Positions 48,909-62,799 are shown, counted from the stretch's first letter. The stretch: DNA of 64,000 nucleotides from Octopus sinensis (GCF_006345805.1 NC_043008.1:4464001-4528000), one strand, 5' to 3'. Translations and numbers: made by a program. The notes: generated from the letters alone by a model not told the origin.

Positions 48909-49318
48909 ACCAGCACAGTAATCTTTAAATTTAATGAAGACATGAGCAGCTTTTAAATAAGGTGTTTTTGATTTTAAATACAGATTTTTGCAAAATTAAT
49001 CTATGCTCTAGAATTCAATAAACAAACAGGCTTAATCATTTCCCTTTGATCATACCCTGTTAATATAATTATATGTTGCTGGTTTTTTTTTAGTTAAATA
49101 TAAAGATACGTATAGTGTTTTAAATTATGAAATATATTAGGAATATTTGACCTTCTCAAAATTACAGATCTAACCATAATATGTTACATGCATATTTATT
49201 TAACAATCAATTTTCCATAGCTCAACTCGATAAGATTTAAATTTTGCATATTTAATGAAATTCCATATTGCTTTTCCAGCAATTATTCTGAGAAATAATT
49301 CCTTCCTATTTGACTCAC

Positions 49319-49541
49319 AGATTCCTTTAGAGATTTCTTTTTACTTTGTATTTCCAAATTTGATTCTGATAAGGAAACATTTGACAGCATAAAACCTTGG
49401 AGTACATCATCAATCCATTCCTTGATTGCTGGTTCTAATAGTTTCCCATCTTCCAAGAAATGTCTAACCATACAGCTACAATACAGTTGGCCAACATCTT
49501 TCTGCAGGTCATTTTCATTTAAATAACCTGTCTCTTTCTTT
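49319..49541 (-). CDS. Best candidate coding exon, unidentified minus-strand gene
   Basis: Acceptor gatttattgcag, donor TCT|gtgagt, and 74 open codons: KKETGYLNENDLQKDVGQLYCSCMVRHFLEDGKLLEPAIKEWIDDVLQGFMLSNVSLSESNLEIQSKKKSLKES. Confidence 0.5.
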
Positions 49542-49784
49542 CTGCAATAAATCGAGATAACTTAAGCTGGCTGCAGAGCAGTGATTACTGATTAAATAAA
49601 CCAATTCGTCTACAGTTGAGTTAGACATCTTTTTACATAATTTACAAATAGACTTCCATGGTTATTTTCTGTGATAACTTTGATTAACTTCAGCTGGTTG
49701 TTAATAGCAATTATTGATTAAGTTAAATGACATGTTTATTGATACGTTGCAACTGCCGTAGTTTTGGTGTCAGTGCACTTCATA

Positions 49785-49843
49785 TCATTTCAGCTTTCGA
49801 ATGTCTCGACAAACAGGCCGACATTCCCTTTGATCAGAATGTT
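49785..49843 (-). ncRNA. Degenerate hammerhead-like motif
   Basis: CAUU | CUGAUCA-AAGG | GAAUGUC-loop-GACAUUC | GAAAGCU-GA | AAUG. Stem II is a perfect 7 bp and the AGCU palindrome is present, but the core has C8 plus extra bases. Confidence 0.3.
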
Positions 49844-52800
49844 TTCCATTGTTATATGCAGTAGGAATACCAACTACTTTATGCCAGGGGTTGTACTTCA
49901 GTCTGAAGGCAGCAAACAGATCCATTCAAGGCCACAAGAAGCTAATGGATGATTTGTATTTGAACTAATTCTAAAATTAAGTGTCAATAAGCATAAAAAC
50001 AGTATTCTACTCTTTATAGCATTCAGATTAATTTATCAAACGTAATGTTTATTTATCCAGATTTTTAAAAATTAATTATGTATTATCTTGTGGCTTCAAG
50101 ATTTTGAAGACATAATTGTTTATATTTAGAATGACATTGTAAGGTAGGTGTGAGAGGCTGGATCTGGTCAGTCTGAACAATACACAGGTAGAATATTTGG
50201 GTCAGGTGTGACTGGTTTAAGTGCTACAAGGATAATCATACCCTGAAAATATTTGGTTTTTTAGTTGATCGAAATAACAAGGTGTAGAGATACTTCTACT
50301 AATTAAATACATATTAAGCTATATAATCATTAGATGTATTCCATAAGCATTAAAATGAATTTCACTTGGCCCTTTTCCATCTGCTACTCAAACTTGCTGC
50401 AGCACATATTTCCCTTTCTGCCTTCTGGTTATCTTTTATCTTTTACTTGTTCCGCTCACTGAAGGCTGTAGTTGAACAAATCAACCCAGTACTAAAGTCT
50501 TTGCTCTGCCAATCACTTTCACTGAACTGCTAAGTTACAGGGATGTAAACAAACCAACTGAAGTTGTGAAGTGGCAAGGGCACAAACACGCACATATATA
50601 TGTACATAATCTGTTAATGCTGGTGTGCCACATAAAAAACACCCAGTGGCACTTTGTAAAGTGGTTGGCTGTAGGAAGGGTATCCAGCCATTAGAAACTG
50701 TGCCAAAACAGACAATGGAGCCTGGTGTGGCTGCCAGCCTCACCAGTTCCTACCAAACGATTCAACTGATGCCAGCAGGGAAAACAGGTATTAAATGATG
50801 ACGATACATAGAGACATACAGACAACAAGCTTCCACGCATTTTACATCTGCCAACTTCATTCACAAAAGCATTGGTTGGCCTAGAGCTATACATTTGTTC
50901 AAGGTGCTATGCAATGAAATTGAACCCAGAACCATGCAATTGTAAAGTGAAATTCTTCATGACTTAGTTGTACCTGGGTGATATTTCAGTGACTTCATTT
51001 GCTACAGGTACTTCTTTGGTAATTCATATTTGAGCAGGATGGTACTATTATTGAGATTTTTTGAAATTCCTATGGTTTACTTGGAGTCAACTTGTTTTAA
51101 TGTTACCTCAGGTGCCTCGGGTACCTTTAGCAAAGTTCACTACTTTGTAAGAACTCAGACTAAACATCCTAGTTTACCTCTTCACCTACTTTTCAGACTT
51201 TAGACTTCAATTTGTATTTGTTCAAAGCATCAGTTCTTTGGTTTCTTGCATGAGAAACCAAAGGGCAACATGTTGCAAGAAACTCCTTAATAACCTCCAG
51301 TTTCTCTCACACTGAAATGCTGCCTTTTCACTCTACTTTCCACTCTTTTGTGGCCTCTCTGTCTTATGCCTGGTTGTTTATTGTGCTGCCCCTGCTCAGA
51401 CCAACCCATCACACTCCTCATTCTTCTATTCCTCTTCCATACTCTGTACATCCCATTCTCCCCCAAATCCCACACTAATCACGATACCCAGTTCTTTTCT
51501 CCTAGAATTCACTCCTTGCTTGTGTTGTTTTTTGTACAGCCATGAAACTGTAGAAAAATATAATAGTTTCAAATTTGAACTCAAGGCCAGCAAATTCAGT
51601 GGAAGGAGTGAGAGGATTCCATCAACCCCTTTAATGGACCCCGAAAGGATAAAGGGCAAAACTAACTTTGGCAGAATTTGAACTCAGAACATAAGGACAA
51701 ATGAAATACCACTAAGCATTTTGTCCAGATTCTGCTAATGATTCTGTCAGCTCACAACATTAGAAGAACATAATTATAAAAAGAAGATTTATGTGTCTTA
51801 ACTCTTAGTGAAGGACTCTACACAAAGGCTAGACTAATTATTGAACACACAACCATGTAGGCATTTACTGCATTAACCATCCAACCATTGTGCTTCTTCT
51901 TGTTTAATGTGAAAATTTTCTTCCATCCATTACACCTCTGTCTCCACAGCTGTATATGAGTTAATTCCATTTTTATTTTCTATTAAGTTTATTTCTCTCT
52001 GCTTCACTTTAACGATGTGTCATTATTTGTTTGTTAATTCTGGTGAGTTTATTTATTCAATTTCCTAACTAAATGCAGTGACATGTCCTGTAGTTTGTCC
52101 TCAAAACTTCTCAGTTTGGTAGATTCATGCCATTGCTGTGATTAATCCTGTCTACAAAGTTAAGTTTTGTTATTATTGCTTTTTAACTTGAAGCAAACCC
52201 GAGATCAAATGTATTCCGGTCATGAATATCCTGTCTTCTAAGAAATATCTCTAGAATCTTGCTATCTAATCTATTCTTTGCTTGATGAGGTTGATTTGAA
52301 GGACATTTGACTGCAGTTTCTAGCAGAGTTCCTTTCTTCACTCACATGTCTATGTTCACCTTTTACTTTTTGTTTGTTTTGGTTATTAAATTGTGGCCAT
52401 GCTGAGGCATTACCTTGAAGAGTTTAGTCAAACAAATTAACCCCAGTACTTATTGTTTTCAAGTCTTGGTACTTTTTGCTCAACTGCTAAGTTATGGGAA
52501 TGTAAACAAACCAACACCACTTGTCATATGGTGGAGGGACAAGTAAAGCACAATGACTCACACACACACATCAATTATGTGTAGAATTCATTTGAATTAA
52601 GGCATTTTAATATTAAGGACGCTATGTGAGAGTCATGCCCTACACATCCATATACATACAACGTCCTTTTATACAGGCATGTTCATACACATACATATAC
52701 ATCTACATGCAAATAGACACACGTGTATAGATATACGTGTACATGAAATTATATACCCATGCACACTGGCATAACTTCCAGATCCAACATAGAGAAGGTT

Positions 52801-53545
52801 CCAAGGATAGTATTTACATATGATAAGAACACAAAAGGGTTAAAAGCTCACCAGGGCTGCTTCAGGAGCTATATACGTCATGACAAAGACTGTTTTCTTC
52901 AGGTGAATTGAAATTTAAAATTCAACCAATGTTTTTTTTTGTGATGTAATGGAACTAATCCTCAGCAAGAAATGCATCTCAAATAGCATTCGTGAACCTT
53001 TCACCCATTTGTCCCCTTTATATCATCATCATCATCATCAACATTTAACATCTGCTTTCCATGCTGGCATGGGTTAGACGATTTGACTAAAACTAGTAAG
53101 CTGGAGAGCTGCACCAAGTTCCAGTCTGATTTGACAGGGTTTCTATGGCTGGATGCCCTTCCTAATGCCTACCATTCCATGAGTAATGCATGTGTGTGTG
53201 TGTGTGTGTGACAGCAAGCTGGCATTTTGTCTGTCTTTACGTTCTGAGTACAAGTTCCACCAAGGTCGACTTTTGCCTTTCATCCTATCAGGGTTGATAA
53301 AATAAGTACCAGTTGAGCATTGGGGTCAATGACATCGACTTATCCCTTCCCCGAAATTGCTGGCCTTGTGCCAAAATTTGAAACCTACACACACAGGGGG
53401 CTTCCACATTGTACCCATCTACCAAATTCATTCACAAGGCATTAGTCTGCCCAGGGTTGTAGTAGAAGATATTTGCCCAAGACACCACATAGCCATGCTT
53501 GAGTCATGTGTATTGATTGATTTACCTAATATATCCATGTAGAAG

Positions 53546-53611
53546 CTTCTTCTTCTTCTTCTTCTTCTTCTTCTTCTTCTTCTTCTTCTTCTTCTTCTTC
53601 TTCTTCTTTTC

Positions 53612-53671
<60 letters not shown>
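53546..53671. repeat. Compound (CTT)n-(ATT)n trinucleotide microsatellite
   Basis: Direct reading; source of the poly-F/L and poly-I/R ORFs. Confidence 0.95.
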
Positions 53672-53674
<3 letters not shown>

Positions 53675-54339
53675 ACTTTATATATTGTCTCCTTCAAAAT
53701 AATTTAATAATGATTTCTAAAGTAAGTACAAAGCCACAAATACTAGGCAAGTGATGGAGTTAATTAAATTGGACTTGGTACCTCTTTGGTACTTCCTCCT
53801 CTTTGTTTGGCTAATAGCTAGAATCATAATTCTTTTAAATCTTGTGTTGATCATATTATGGTTTGGAGTGCTGTTTCTCATTAGTTAAACTAAATGAGTT
53901 GCTTGAGGACTTTTATATTGGTAGTTCCTTACCATCTCATTGGGAGCAAATTCCAAGATAATTATTTTGAAGCCAAGGGAAACTCTATACATTCACTTGA
54001 TCTACTAGAACTAGCAGCCAAAGCTCTCTTCATATCACAGCCAACCAAATAAAGAAGAATACACATTTACAAAGTAGTTTTTCATACATTTACAAAATGA
54101 TGGGATGGTCAAGGCTGGAGCTCACTGCTTTTAACATAATGCTGAACACATTAGGTAATGCAGTCCACAGTAATATCAGAAAGCAAGTCCATGCTTGAAA
54201 TGCTCAACCCGTGCTAGCACAGAAAATGGACGTTAAACGACAACGATCTGCTCAACCAGAACTAATTTTGGATTAAACTGAATTCATTATGTGAAGTCAC
54301 ATGACCAAAATTTCATCTGACACTTTCTCTCTCACTCAC

Positions 54340-54443
54340 CTGGTTCTATCAAATAGGCAATTATCAATGAAATTGGGGTGTTAGTAACAGCTGACCGCAG
54401 GATTATAAGTTCCAAATTTCTCAACAGCCATTGTGATGTGCAC
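54340..54443 (-). CDS. Candidate 104-nt exon
   Basis: Acceptor cttgttcag and donor CAG|gtgagt. One frame is open: CTSQWLLRNLELIILRSAVTNTPISLIIAYLIEP. Confidence 0.4.
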
Positions 54444-57400
54444 CTGAACAAGCAGGGAACTCTGCCTCAGTTTTGCTTGCAAAAACAATTCAATTCTGTT
54501 CCTGTTCACATTGGCAGGAATAACATCCAGCTGTATAAACAATTGCCCTAACAAAGATTATGCCACCCACCTCCAACAAGCTACAAATGTGTGTGTGTGT
54601 GTGTGTGTGTGTTTATAGGCATATCAGTGAGTCTAGAAATGAGTGCAGCTAATAACCATTATATTCCATCTTAAAAACCAACTCAGGGAACCTGCTAGAA
54701 ATAGCAACCAAATCTTCTTCCAACTTATAATCTTCTTTAAAAAAGACAAATTGAACAATATTGCCTTAAGTAAACTGTGCCTAAATAAAAGACAGGGTGG
54801 TCAAAGCTGGAATACCTGTGAACAAAGGTCTACTTGATTTGCTTGACAAAAGCAGACCTTTTAGGATTTAATTCAGCCATATTTAGCCAAAATAGTCTAC
54901 CTGTTTTATGTCAAAACCGACCACATCCAACCTCTCACACCTACCCTACTGTGTCATTCTAAAAATATGCAAACACATAATTGAAATATTGAAGCTACAA
55001 GGTAAAACATGTTTCAAAATAGATATCAAATAGAAAGTGTAGTCGTGATCCCTGTGCCGGTGGCACATAAAAAACACCATCCGAATGTGACTGATGCCAG
55101 TGCTGCCTTCACTGGCTTCTGTGCTGGTGGCACATAAAAAGCACCAACTGATCGTGGCCATTGCCAGCCTCGGCTGGCACCTGTGCTGGTGGCACGTAAA
55201 AAGCACCCACTACACTCACGGAGTGGTTGGCGTTAGGAAGGGCATCCAGCTGTAGAAACACTGCCAGATCAGACTGGAGCCTGGTGTAGCCTCCTGGCTT
55301 CCCAGACCCCGGTCGAACAGTCCAACCCGTGCTAGCATGGAAAACGGACGTTAAACGATGATGATGATGATGAATGTGAATAAATAAGTATTAGATTTGA
55401 TAAAGAAATCTGAATGTTAAAGGGTCAAACAATAACTCCAAAAAGGGAAAGGCACATGTGATACTTGATCCCTTATACACTGAAAAATATGTGATCACCT
55501 GGAATGACTTTGATCATAGGTCTGCTTTATCAGGGCTCAGCTGAGCCCTAATATTAAACAGCAACATGTAGATTAATTCACAAACTACATTCATAGTATA
55601 CTCAGGACTTAGTATCAGGAAAATGTGAAATATTCATCAGCCACTTAGTGACCCACTGACAGACCAATCACAGTATATATATCAGTAAACTAATCAAGTA
55701 CAACCAGACACCATAGAGGACCCTATACAAGGTTATCCAACCAGCTCAAAATAGCAGTCAAATCTCTTCCAAAAGCAAGGGCATCTTAGATAACATTAAA
55801 ATGGTGAAATGATCACAGGTAGAATATCTTTGAATAGAGGTTAGCATGATTAGAACTGAACTGATATTAAGCTGAAATAACTGCATCCAAGAAATGAAAG
55901 AGCCCCTATGCAGGTGCTTGACTCTCTAGAAATAGCAGCCAAATCTTACTCAAATTCCACCCTACCAATTTGAAAAAGGAAGGTAGGTGAGGCAATGGAT
56001 TATGTGGCATGAGTAGATTGTACCTTGAAGCATTTTTTAAAAGCAGGATTGATTGTAATTAGAAACCCTATGATGTTAGGTTTGCTTAACCAGGATTGAA
56101 TTGGGATTTTGCAATTAGGTAAGACTAGAAGACATTTTCTTCATAGTCATTTAGCTTGTTAGAAACACAAGCTAATCATACTTCTAGATACACTTTGCCC
56201 CTAGAGCCAAGGGAGCATTACTGTCTGGAACTTTGCTCCTGGTAGCGGCTACCCTTGGCGAGCTGGTCTCCCTTGGAGGTTCCAGACTAACAGTGACCCA
56301 CAGTACATCAGCTCATCACCAAGACGGCAGCTCCATCATCCAACTATTCTGAAGAGGGCCAACAACCTACCCAAATGAACCCTCAACTTGTTACAACACT
56401 GACTAGATGATACACCATATCTGAGAAAAAAACAAATGAGACAGTCACGGTTGGAGCACCTTTGCCTCCAGGCATGCCTCTTCAGATGAGGAGTTGAGCT
56501 AAACAACATCCACAACATTAATTCAAGGACTATATAGCACAATATATAACAGCTATTCTATGAGAACCATTTATTTATTTTTTTACTTCTTTGGGGTTTA
56601 GACCAGTTGTGCTCAACTGGGTTCCATATGGCCCTTGAGACCCCACATAACATTTTGCTGTTAAAACTTATGCACAATAAATTGGATATACTCAAAATAT
56701 TTTAGCAAATTTTTGATACAGTTCTCAATAACATTTACTTATAAAAATATAATGGGACTTTTTTAAACATTGAATGTCTATTAGGGTCCAGTAGAGTAAA
56801 GATTAGGAATCAAAGGGGTGCATAGGCAAAACATGGTTGAGAACCACTGGTTTAGACAGAGGAGAAAGGGACAATGCAAATGACCCTTTCCAGGGCTGTT
56901 GGGAAGAAGGAAGGTATTTATTATTTTAACCATAGATTTGGCTTTTTAAATTATATTTTTAGCTGGGGACTTGGCCCAAATGCCTGCAGCAGATTAGACT
57001 CAACTAAAAGCAGCCAAGTCTGAGGTGGTGCTGTTAAATTGGGTGACAAAAATACTGGTTATTAATATGTAATCTTTAATCAATCTTCAAGATGTATCCC
57101 AATAGATTTATTGTTGAATGTAAATGAGCTGAAAGTCCCAATCAATCATATGAAATAGCAATACAGTAAGCATGGCTCTAAGTTCAAAATCTTGATACAG
57201 AGAAAATGTTTCATGTGGAAAATAAATAGAAAATTTAAAGACATTTAATGCATTTTAAATTGAAGACATTTGAAACTTAATTGTGATTTATTAGATTAAT
57301 TATATTAAACACTTCAGGTGAATTTTAGTTAGAAAAAATTTCACATTGCAACACAAATAGTTTTTTGTCTTTCCAGAATGGTAAACTAATAGTTTCTTCG

Positions 57401-57666
57401 TTAAATTTCATTATGCTTAATTTAAGGGATATTTGTTCTAGACAAGTGAAACAGAAGAGCCTGGAAACACACTGAAAGATAAATAAGAATATTATAATAA
57501 TCCTTTTCAGAGTGTTAAAAACATCATTCTGACAAGACAAAAAAACACAAAATAGATATTACATCTACAGATATTGAACACTGTTTTACCAAATATAACT
57601 AATGAAAATATTTCAATTTCATGAAATAATTTAATTATTTCTTGTGTAATTTTTGTTTGTGAGAAA

Positions 57667-57722
<56 letters not shown>

Positions 57723-58168
57723 TGATGACGATGAAGTGAAATCTTACAGAGTCTTTTAACAAAAATAATGATTTGTCACTTTGTTTCAATATTTTATTTA
57801 ATATTCCGAGAAGAGAAAAATAAAGACACAAAACTGGGGATAATAACTGTAAAAATCAGATAAAATGAGTGAAAATACAAAAGCAAGATAATTGAATATT
57901 TAAAGTTAATAAGTATCTATCATTCACATCTACTCCTGATAAATTGGTGCCAGATAATTTTTCATTACAACTATGGCTTGTCAAATATTTTCTCATAAAA
58001 ATATAGTATTTGTGGATAATTTTTCGGACTATTAATTTCATCTTTAGAGATAAAAACTTTTTTTTTAATTTTATTTATTTATCTATTTGCAATATTTACA
58101 TTTACAATATCTTTTGATCACTGATTCTCATCAGATGTCATTGACTTGGGGGATAAAACCATTATTAC

Positions 58169-58281
58169 CCTTAGTTTGGAAACAAAGGGTCCTGTCTGGG
58201 ATGATGTATACAACCATGAATAAGATACGTAATGATAAACTGAGATCAAACTGAAACCGAGTGGAACTGTGAATGTAAATA
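58169..58281 (-). CDS. Candidate 113-nt exon
   Basis: Strong acceptor tttttttttgcag and donor GG|gtaata. Two frames are open, so the reading frame is unresolved. Confidence 0.3.
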
Positions 58282-59791
58282 CTGCAAAAAAAAAATAAAA
58301 TAAAAAACAAAACACAAATCCTTTTATCTCCAAAGATGAGGTTAATATTCTGTCACTCTTTTACTTGTTTGAGTCATTGGACTGCAGCCATGCTGGGTCA
58401 TTGCCTTGAAAGCTTTTTAGTTTATCACACTTCTCTCAGTATTCAATTTTCAGTCGAATTCTTATCTGAACAATTTCTCTTTGTCTCATATCATTTATTA
58501 AGACACCATTTTGTTTGGTTTTTTTCCAAGTATTGTCTTTTCAACATGAAGGCAGAGATACTGATAGATATATAAACACACACATATATCGGCACAGTTT
58601 CAAGTTACCAATTTAACACTCAAAGTATCCGTCATGGTATGCAGGGGAACTGAACTCAAAACCTTGAGGTTTCAAGGCAAACTTCTTAACCACGCAGCTC
58701 CATACCTAATTGACCAAAAAATGAGTATCTTATTAATAATAGATGCAGGTGTGGCTGAGTGGTAAGAAGCTTGCTTCCCAACCAAATGGTTCTGGGTTCA
58801 GTCCCATTGCATGGCACCTTGGCAAGTGTCTTTTGCTATAGCCTTGGCCAACCGAACCCTTGTCAGTGAATTTGGTAGACAGAAACTGAAAAGAAGCCAA
58901 TTGTTTATATATATATATATATATGGGGGATGGAGGGGTCTTTGTTTCTATGATTACCTCCACTTCCCCCACTGCTTGACAACCAGTGTTGGTGTGTTTA
59001 TGTCCCTGTTACTTAGTAATTCAGCAAATGACACCAGTTGTACATGTACTAGTATTTTAAAAAATTAGTTCTGTGATTGATTCATCCAAATAAAATTCAT
59101 CAGTGCCCCAGCATGACCACTATCTGATGACTAAAACAAATGAAAGATAAAAGGTAATACTATACGATAATGAATAAATATGCAATTAGGGATTTAGAAA
59201 TAGACATTTTTTTTTTTTTTTGGTATCTGTATATATCATCATCATCATCGTTTAACGTCCGTTTTCCATGCTAGCATGGGTTGGACGGTTTGACCAGGGT
59301 CTGGGAAGTTAGGAGGATACACCAGGCTCCAGCCTGATCTGGCAGTGTTTCTACAGCTGGGTGCCCTTCCTAATGCCAACCACTCCATGAGTGTAGTGGG
59401 TGCTTTTTACGTGACATCAGCACAGGTGCCAGGGGAGGCTGGCAGCGGCCCCGATTGGTTGGTGCTTTTTACTTTCCACCGGCACAGGTATCACAACTAC
59501 AATTTCCATTTGATTTTTTTATTTTGATGTTGATGTACTTGACTCAATAGGTCTCCTCAAGCACAGCAGGTCACCCTACGATCCAAGGTAAGCACAGCAG
59601 GCTGTTCTGAGATCCTAGGTAGTTTGGATGGGCTGGGGCTGCTATGTGAAACTGGTGCAGAAAACATCCATGAACTCACGTTATTTATCGGGTCTTCACA
59701 TATATATATAAACAATTGCAGCGTGGAAGGTGTTTATAAACCATTTAAGAAACGCACAAAATCCGTTCGATTCGCTTCAACATTTAAATTT

Positions 59792-59846
59792 ATTTTGTCA
59801 AAATATTTTCGTTGCTTTGAGACCGCAACCTGTTCACTGACAAAAT
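59792..59846 (-). ncRNA. Minimal type I hammerhead-like motif, G3-C8 core variant
   Basis: AUUUUGUCA | GUGAACA | G | GUUGC-ggucucaaa-GCAAC | GAAAAUAUUU | UGACAAAAU. Stem I is a perfect 9 bp and stem III is the AAUAUU palindrome. It lies within a ~120-bp repeat with short imperfect inverted ends (tgcagcgtggaa/ttccgtgctgca). Confidence 0.6.
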
Positions 59847-60774
59847 TCCGTGCTGCATATTTGTTTGTTTGTTTGTGTTTCTTTCTTCCACCACCACTTG
59901 ACAACTGGTGTTGGTTTGTTTACATCCTGGCAACTTAGCAGTTTGGCAAAAGAGACCGAATAAGCACCAAGCTTTCATAAAATGAGTACTGGGATTGATT
60001 CATTCGATTAAAAGGAAATTCTTTGAGGCAGTGCCCCATCATGGCCACAGCCTAATAACAAAAACAAGTAAAAGAATTCATCTCACAGTTAAAGACAGTT
60101 CCTTTATTTTTAAAAAATGTAGGAATGCTATTTTTTCTTCAGAATCATTTCCAGGATTAACCGTTTCATGGCCATATTTTTTATTGAAAGTTCTGGGAAT
60201 GTGCTTCAGTTAATTTTCAATTAAATAAAGATTTTAAAAGAGTTTCATAAAAAATATAAAACTTGATATAATTCGTGTTGATCAACAGAATTCTAATGTC
60301 ATAGTGTTTGTTATAATGAGATTTTGATTGAGATTTTAGTTTAATTAATTTGGTGCAGGTGTGACACTGTGTAATATGGGCTCAGTCCGACTGTGTGATG
60401 TCTGCATAAGTGTCTTCTACTAGACTCTCTGGCTGACCGAAACCTTACAAAAGGATTTGGTCAACCAAAACTGAAAGAAGCCTGTTTTGTGTGTGTGTGT
60501 GTGTGTTGCTGAATGAATATCACCATCATGCATGTGGTGTCCTTTGTTTCCAAACTTTCATGAAAATATGTTTGGTTGTGGGGAATTATCACTGGTTTGG
60601 AAATGCACAAATGTTGGTGACGGGAAGGGCATCGGGCAGTAGAAAATTTGCCTCAACAAATTCCATCCAATTCATATAAGCATGGAAAAAGTAGACATTA
60701 AATGATGACGATGATGATGATGATGACAATGATGATGTAGTATTTTTTTTTGTATATAACAATTTGTGAAGATA

Positions 60775-60817
<43 letters not shown>

Positions 60818-60959
60818 TATATTATCCAATCACAAGTTTTATTAAGAGTGAGGATCTTGTATTCAACTTCAAGCAAAATTACAATACTTTTTAAGAGACT
60901 TGGCTTTTATTGTGAATATATGAAATTATTGATACATTTTACAAATAATACACTCTTCC

Positions 60960-61800
60960 TCCTAATATGGTGGACACACAGTTTAAAATACATGTGGCTA
61001 ACCCATTCTAATTAATGGTCTCTTTTGAAATATTTTCTTCAAATTTGCAAATACTTTCTTGCCATCTTCATTAAACCTGCGTTCTCTAAACAATGTAGTG
61101 CACCTGTAAAAGAAACACATTTCTTAGAGAAACCATTTTTCTCTAGAGCTTCCTTTACATAATTAGTGATTGTGTCTCTAGTTTCATTAGGTGTGTTCTT
61201 TAACTCAATCAGCTTTGACTGTAAACCACCATTCTTCCAGTCAAAGTACTGAATAATTACAGGAAATATCTTTATTGAATTGTGATTACTTCCATCTGTA
61301 GCAATTCCACAATATGCTGTCTCATTTTCTTCAACATTTTTCAAGGCAGCATTAACAGAATGCAGAGAATCAACAATTGCTTCTGTTTTTGTTTGAGCAC
61401 TAAAAATCTTCTTCACCATCCAAAGATAGGTTTGTTTTTTTGTTTTTTGTGTTTTCCTTTGTTCTGTTCTTTGGCTTTTTTGGGGTTTTTTTAACCCAGG
61501 CAAATGAACAGAATCGTGGGTATGTGTAAGTAATTTCTGTAGCAGTGACAATATTTTCACTTTTACTACTAAGTTTGAAAAAAAAAAAAACAAACTAATG
61601 TATCAGCTTCATTGATGAGTTCTCTTCTTAAACTGCTTTCTTACGATTGTCTGCATTCATTTGTGTTTGCTAATCAGCAATCGACAGTCCTGCTTTGCAT
61701 ACCAGACACTGCATTTCATAGTCATCTTTGCCTCTCTTAAACATGCAAGTTTGGCCTGCAACTCCACACAGATTCTACACTCTCATTCAGGCAATCTGTC
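60960..61800 (-). mobile_element. hAT-superfamily transposase remnant (BED-type finger and DDE start)
   Basis: FKRGKDDYEMQCLVCKAG (zinc-finger region). ORF 61039-61593 reads YCGIATDGSNHNSIKIFPVIIQYFDWKNGGLQSKLIEL...NETRDTI. A shifted frame then reads KVFANLKK...LIRMG*PHVF (resembling LIGVGCPAHILNN). Confidence 0.8.
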
Positions 61801-62799
61801 CCCATGGTTTAGAGTTTCGTTTTAGAAATATCTAAAATATACAACATAAATCTATTAACATCAAATAGAGCCAGACAACAGATGCAGAACGTGTCCAGAC
61901 GGTTCATCAAGCCTGCTTCCTCACTGCTCTTCATTTAAATCTCATTCAATACAACTTGGCTTTTCATTCCACTGTAACTAAAAAAAAATATATAAGCAGA
62001 AGGACATACGGGTACAAGGGTGAAGGGATACCCTCTTCAGCATAGAAAGGACTGTACCCCTTTTGAGAAACAAAATGAACCTTGTGCCTTAAGCAGAAAC
62101 TGTATGAAAAATGGAATTTGCACTTTAAAAGATAAACTATTTTTTTTAGTCTTTTATTTTTTTACTTGTTTCAGTCATTTGACTGCAGCCATGCTGGAGC
62201 ACCACCTTAAAGGGGTTTTAGTCAAAGAAATTGACCCCAGGACTTATTCTTTGTAAGTCTAATACTCATTCTATCAGTCTCTTTTGCTGAACTGCTAAGT
62301 TTCAGGGACGCAAACACACCGACATCAGTCGTCAAGCAATGGTGGGAAGACAAAGACATATACACATAAACATACATACATATATACACATATACGATGG
62401 ACTTCTTTCAGTTTCTGTCTACCAAATCCACTCACAAGGTTTTGGTCAGCCCGAGGCTAAAGTAGAAGACACTTGCCCAAGGTGACAGGCATTACTTACC
62501 TAATACTAACAGCAGATATATATATATATAATCATCATCATCGTTTAACGTCCGTTTTCCGCGCTAGCACGGGTTGGACGGTTCGACCGGGGTCTGGAGA
62601 GCCAGGGGCTGCTCCAGGCTCCAGTCTGATCTGGCAGTGTTTCTACAGCTGGATGCCCTTCCTAACGCCAACCACTCCGCGAGTGTAGTGGGTGTTTTTT
62701 ACGTGCCACCTGCACAGGTGCCAGACGGGTCTGGCATCGGCCACATTCGGATGGTGCTTTTTATGTGCCACCAGCACAGAAGCCAGTCGAGGCGGGGCT

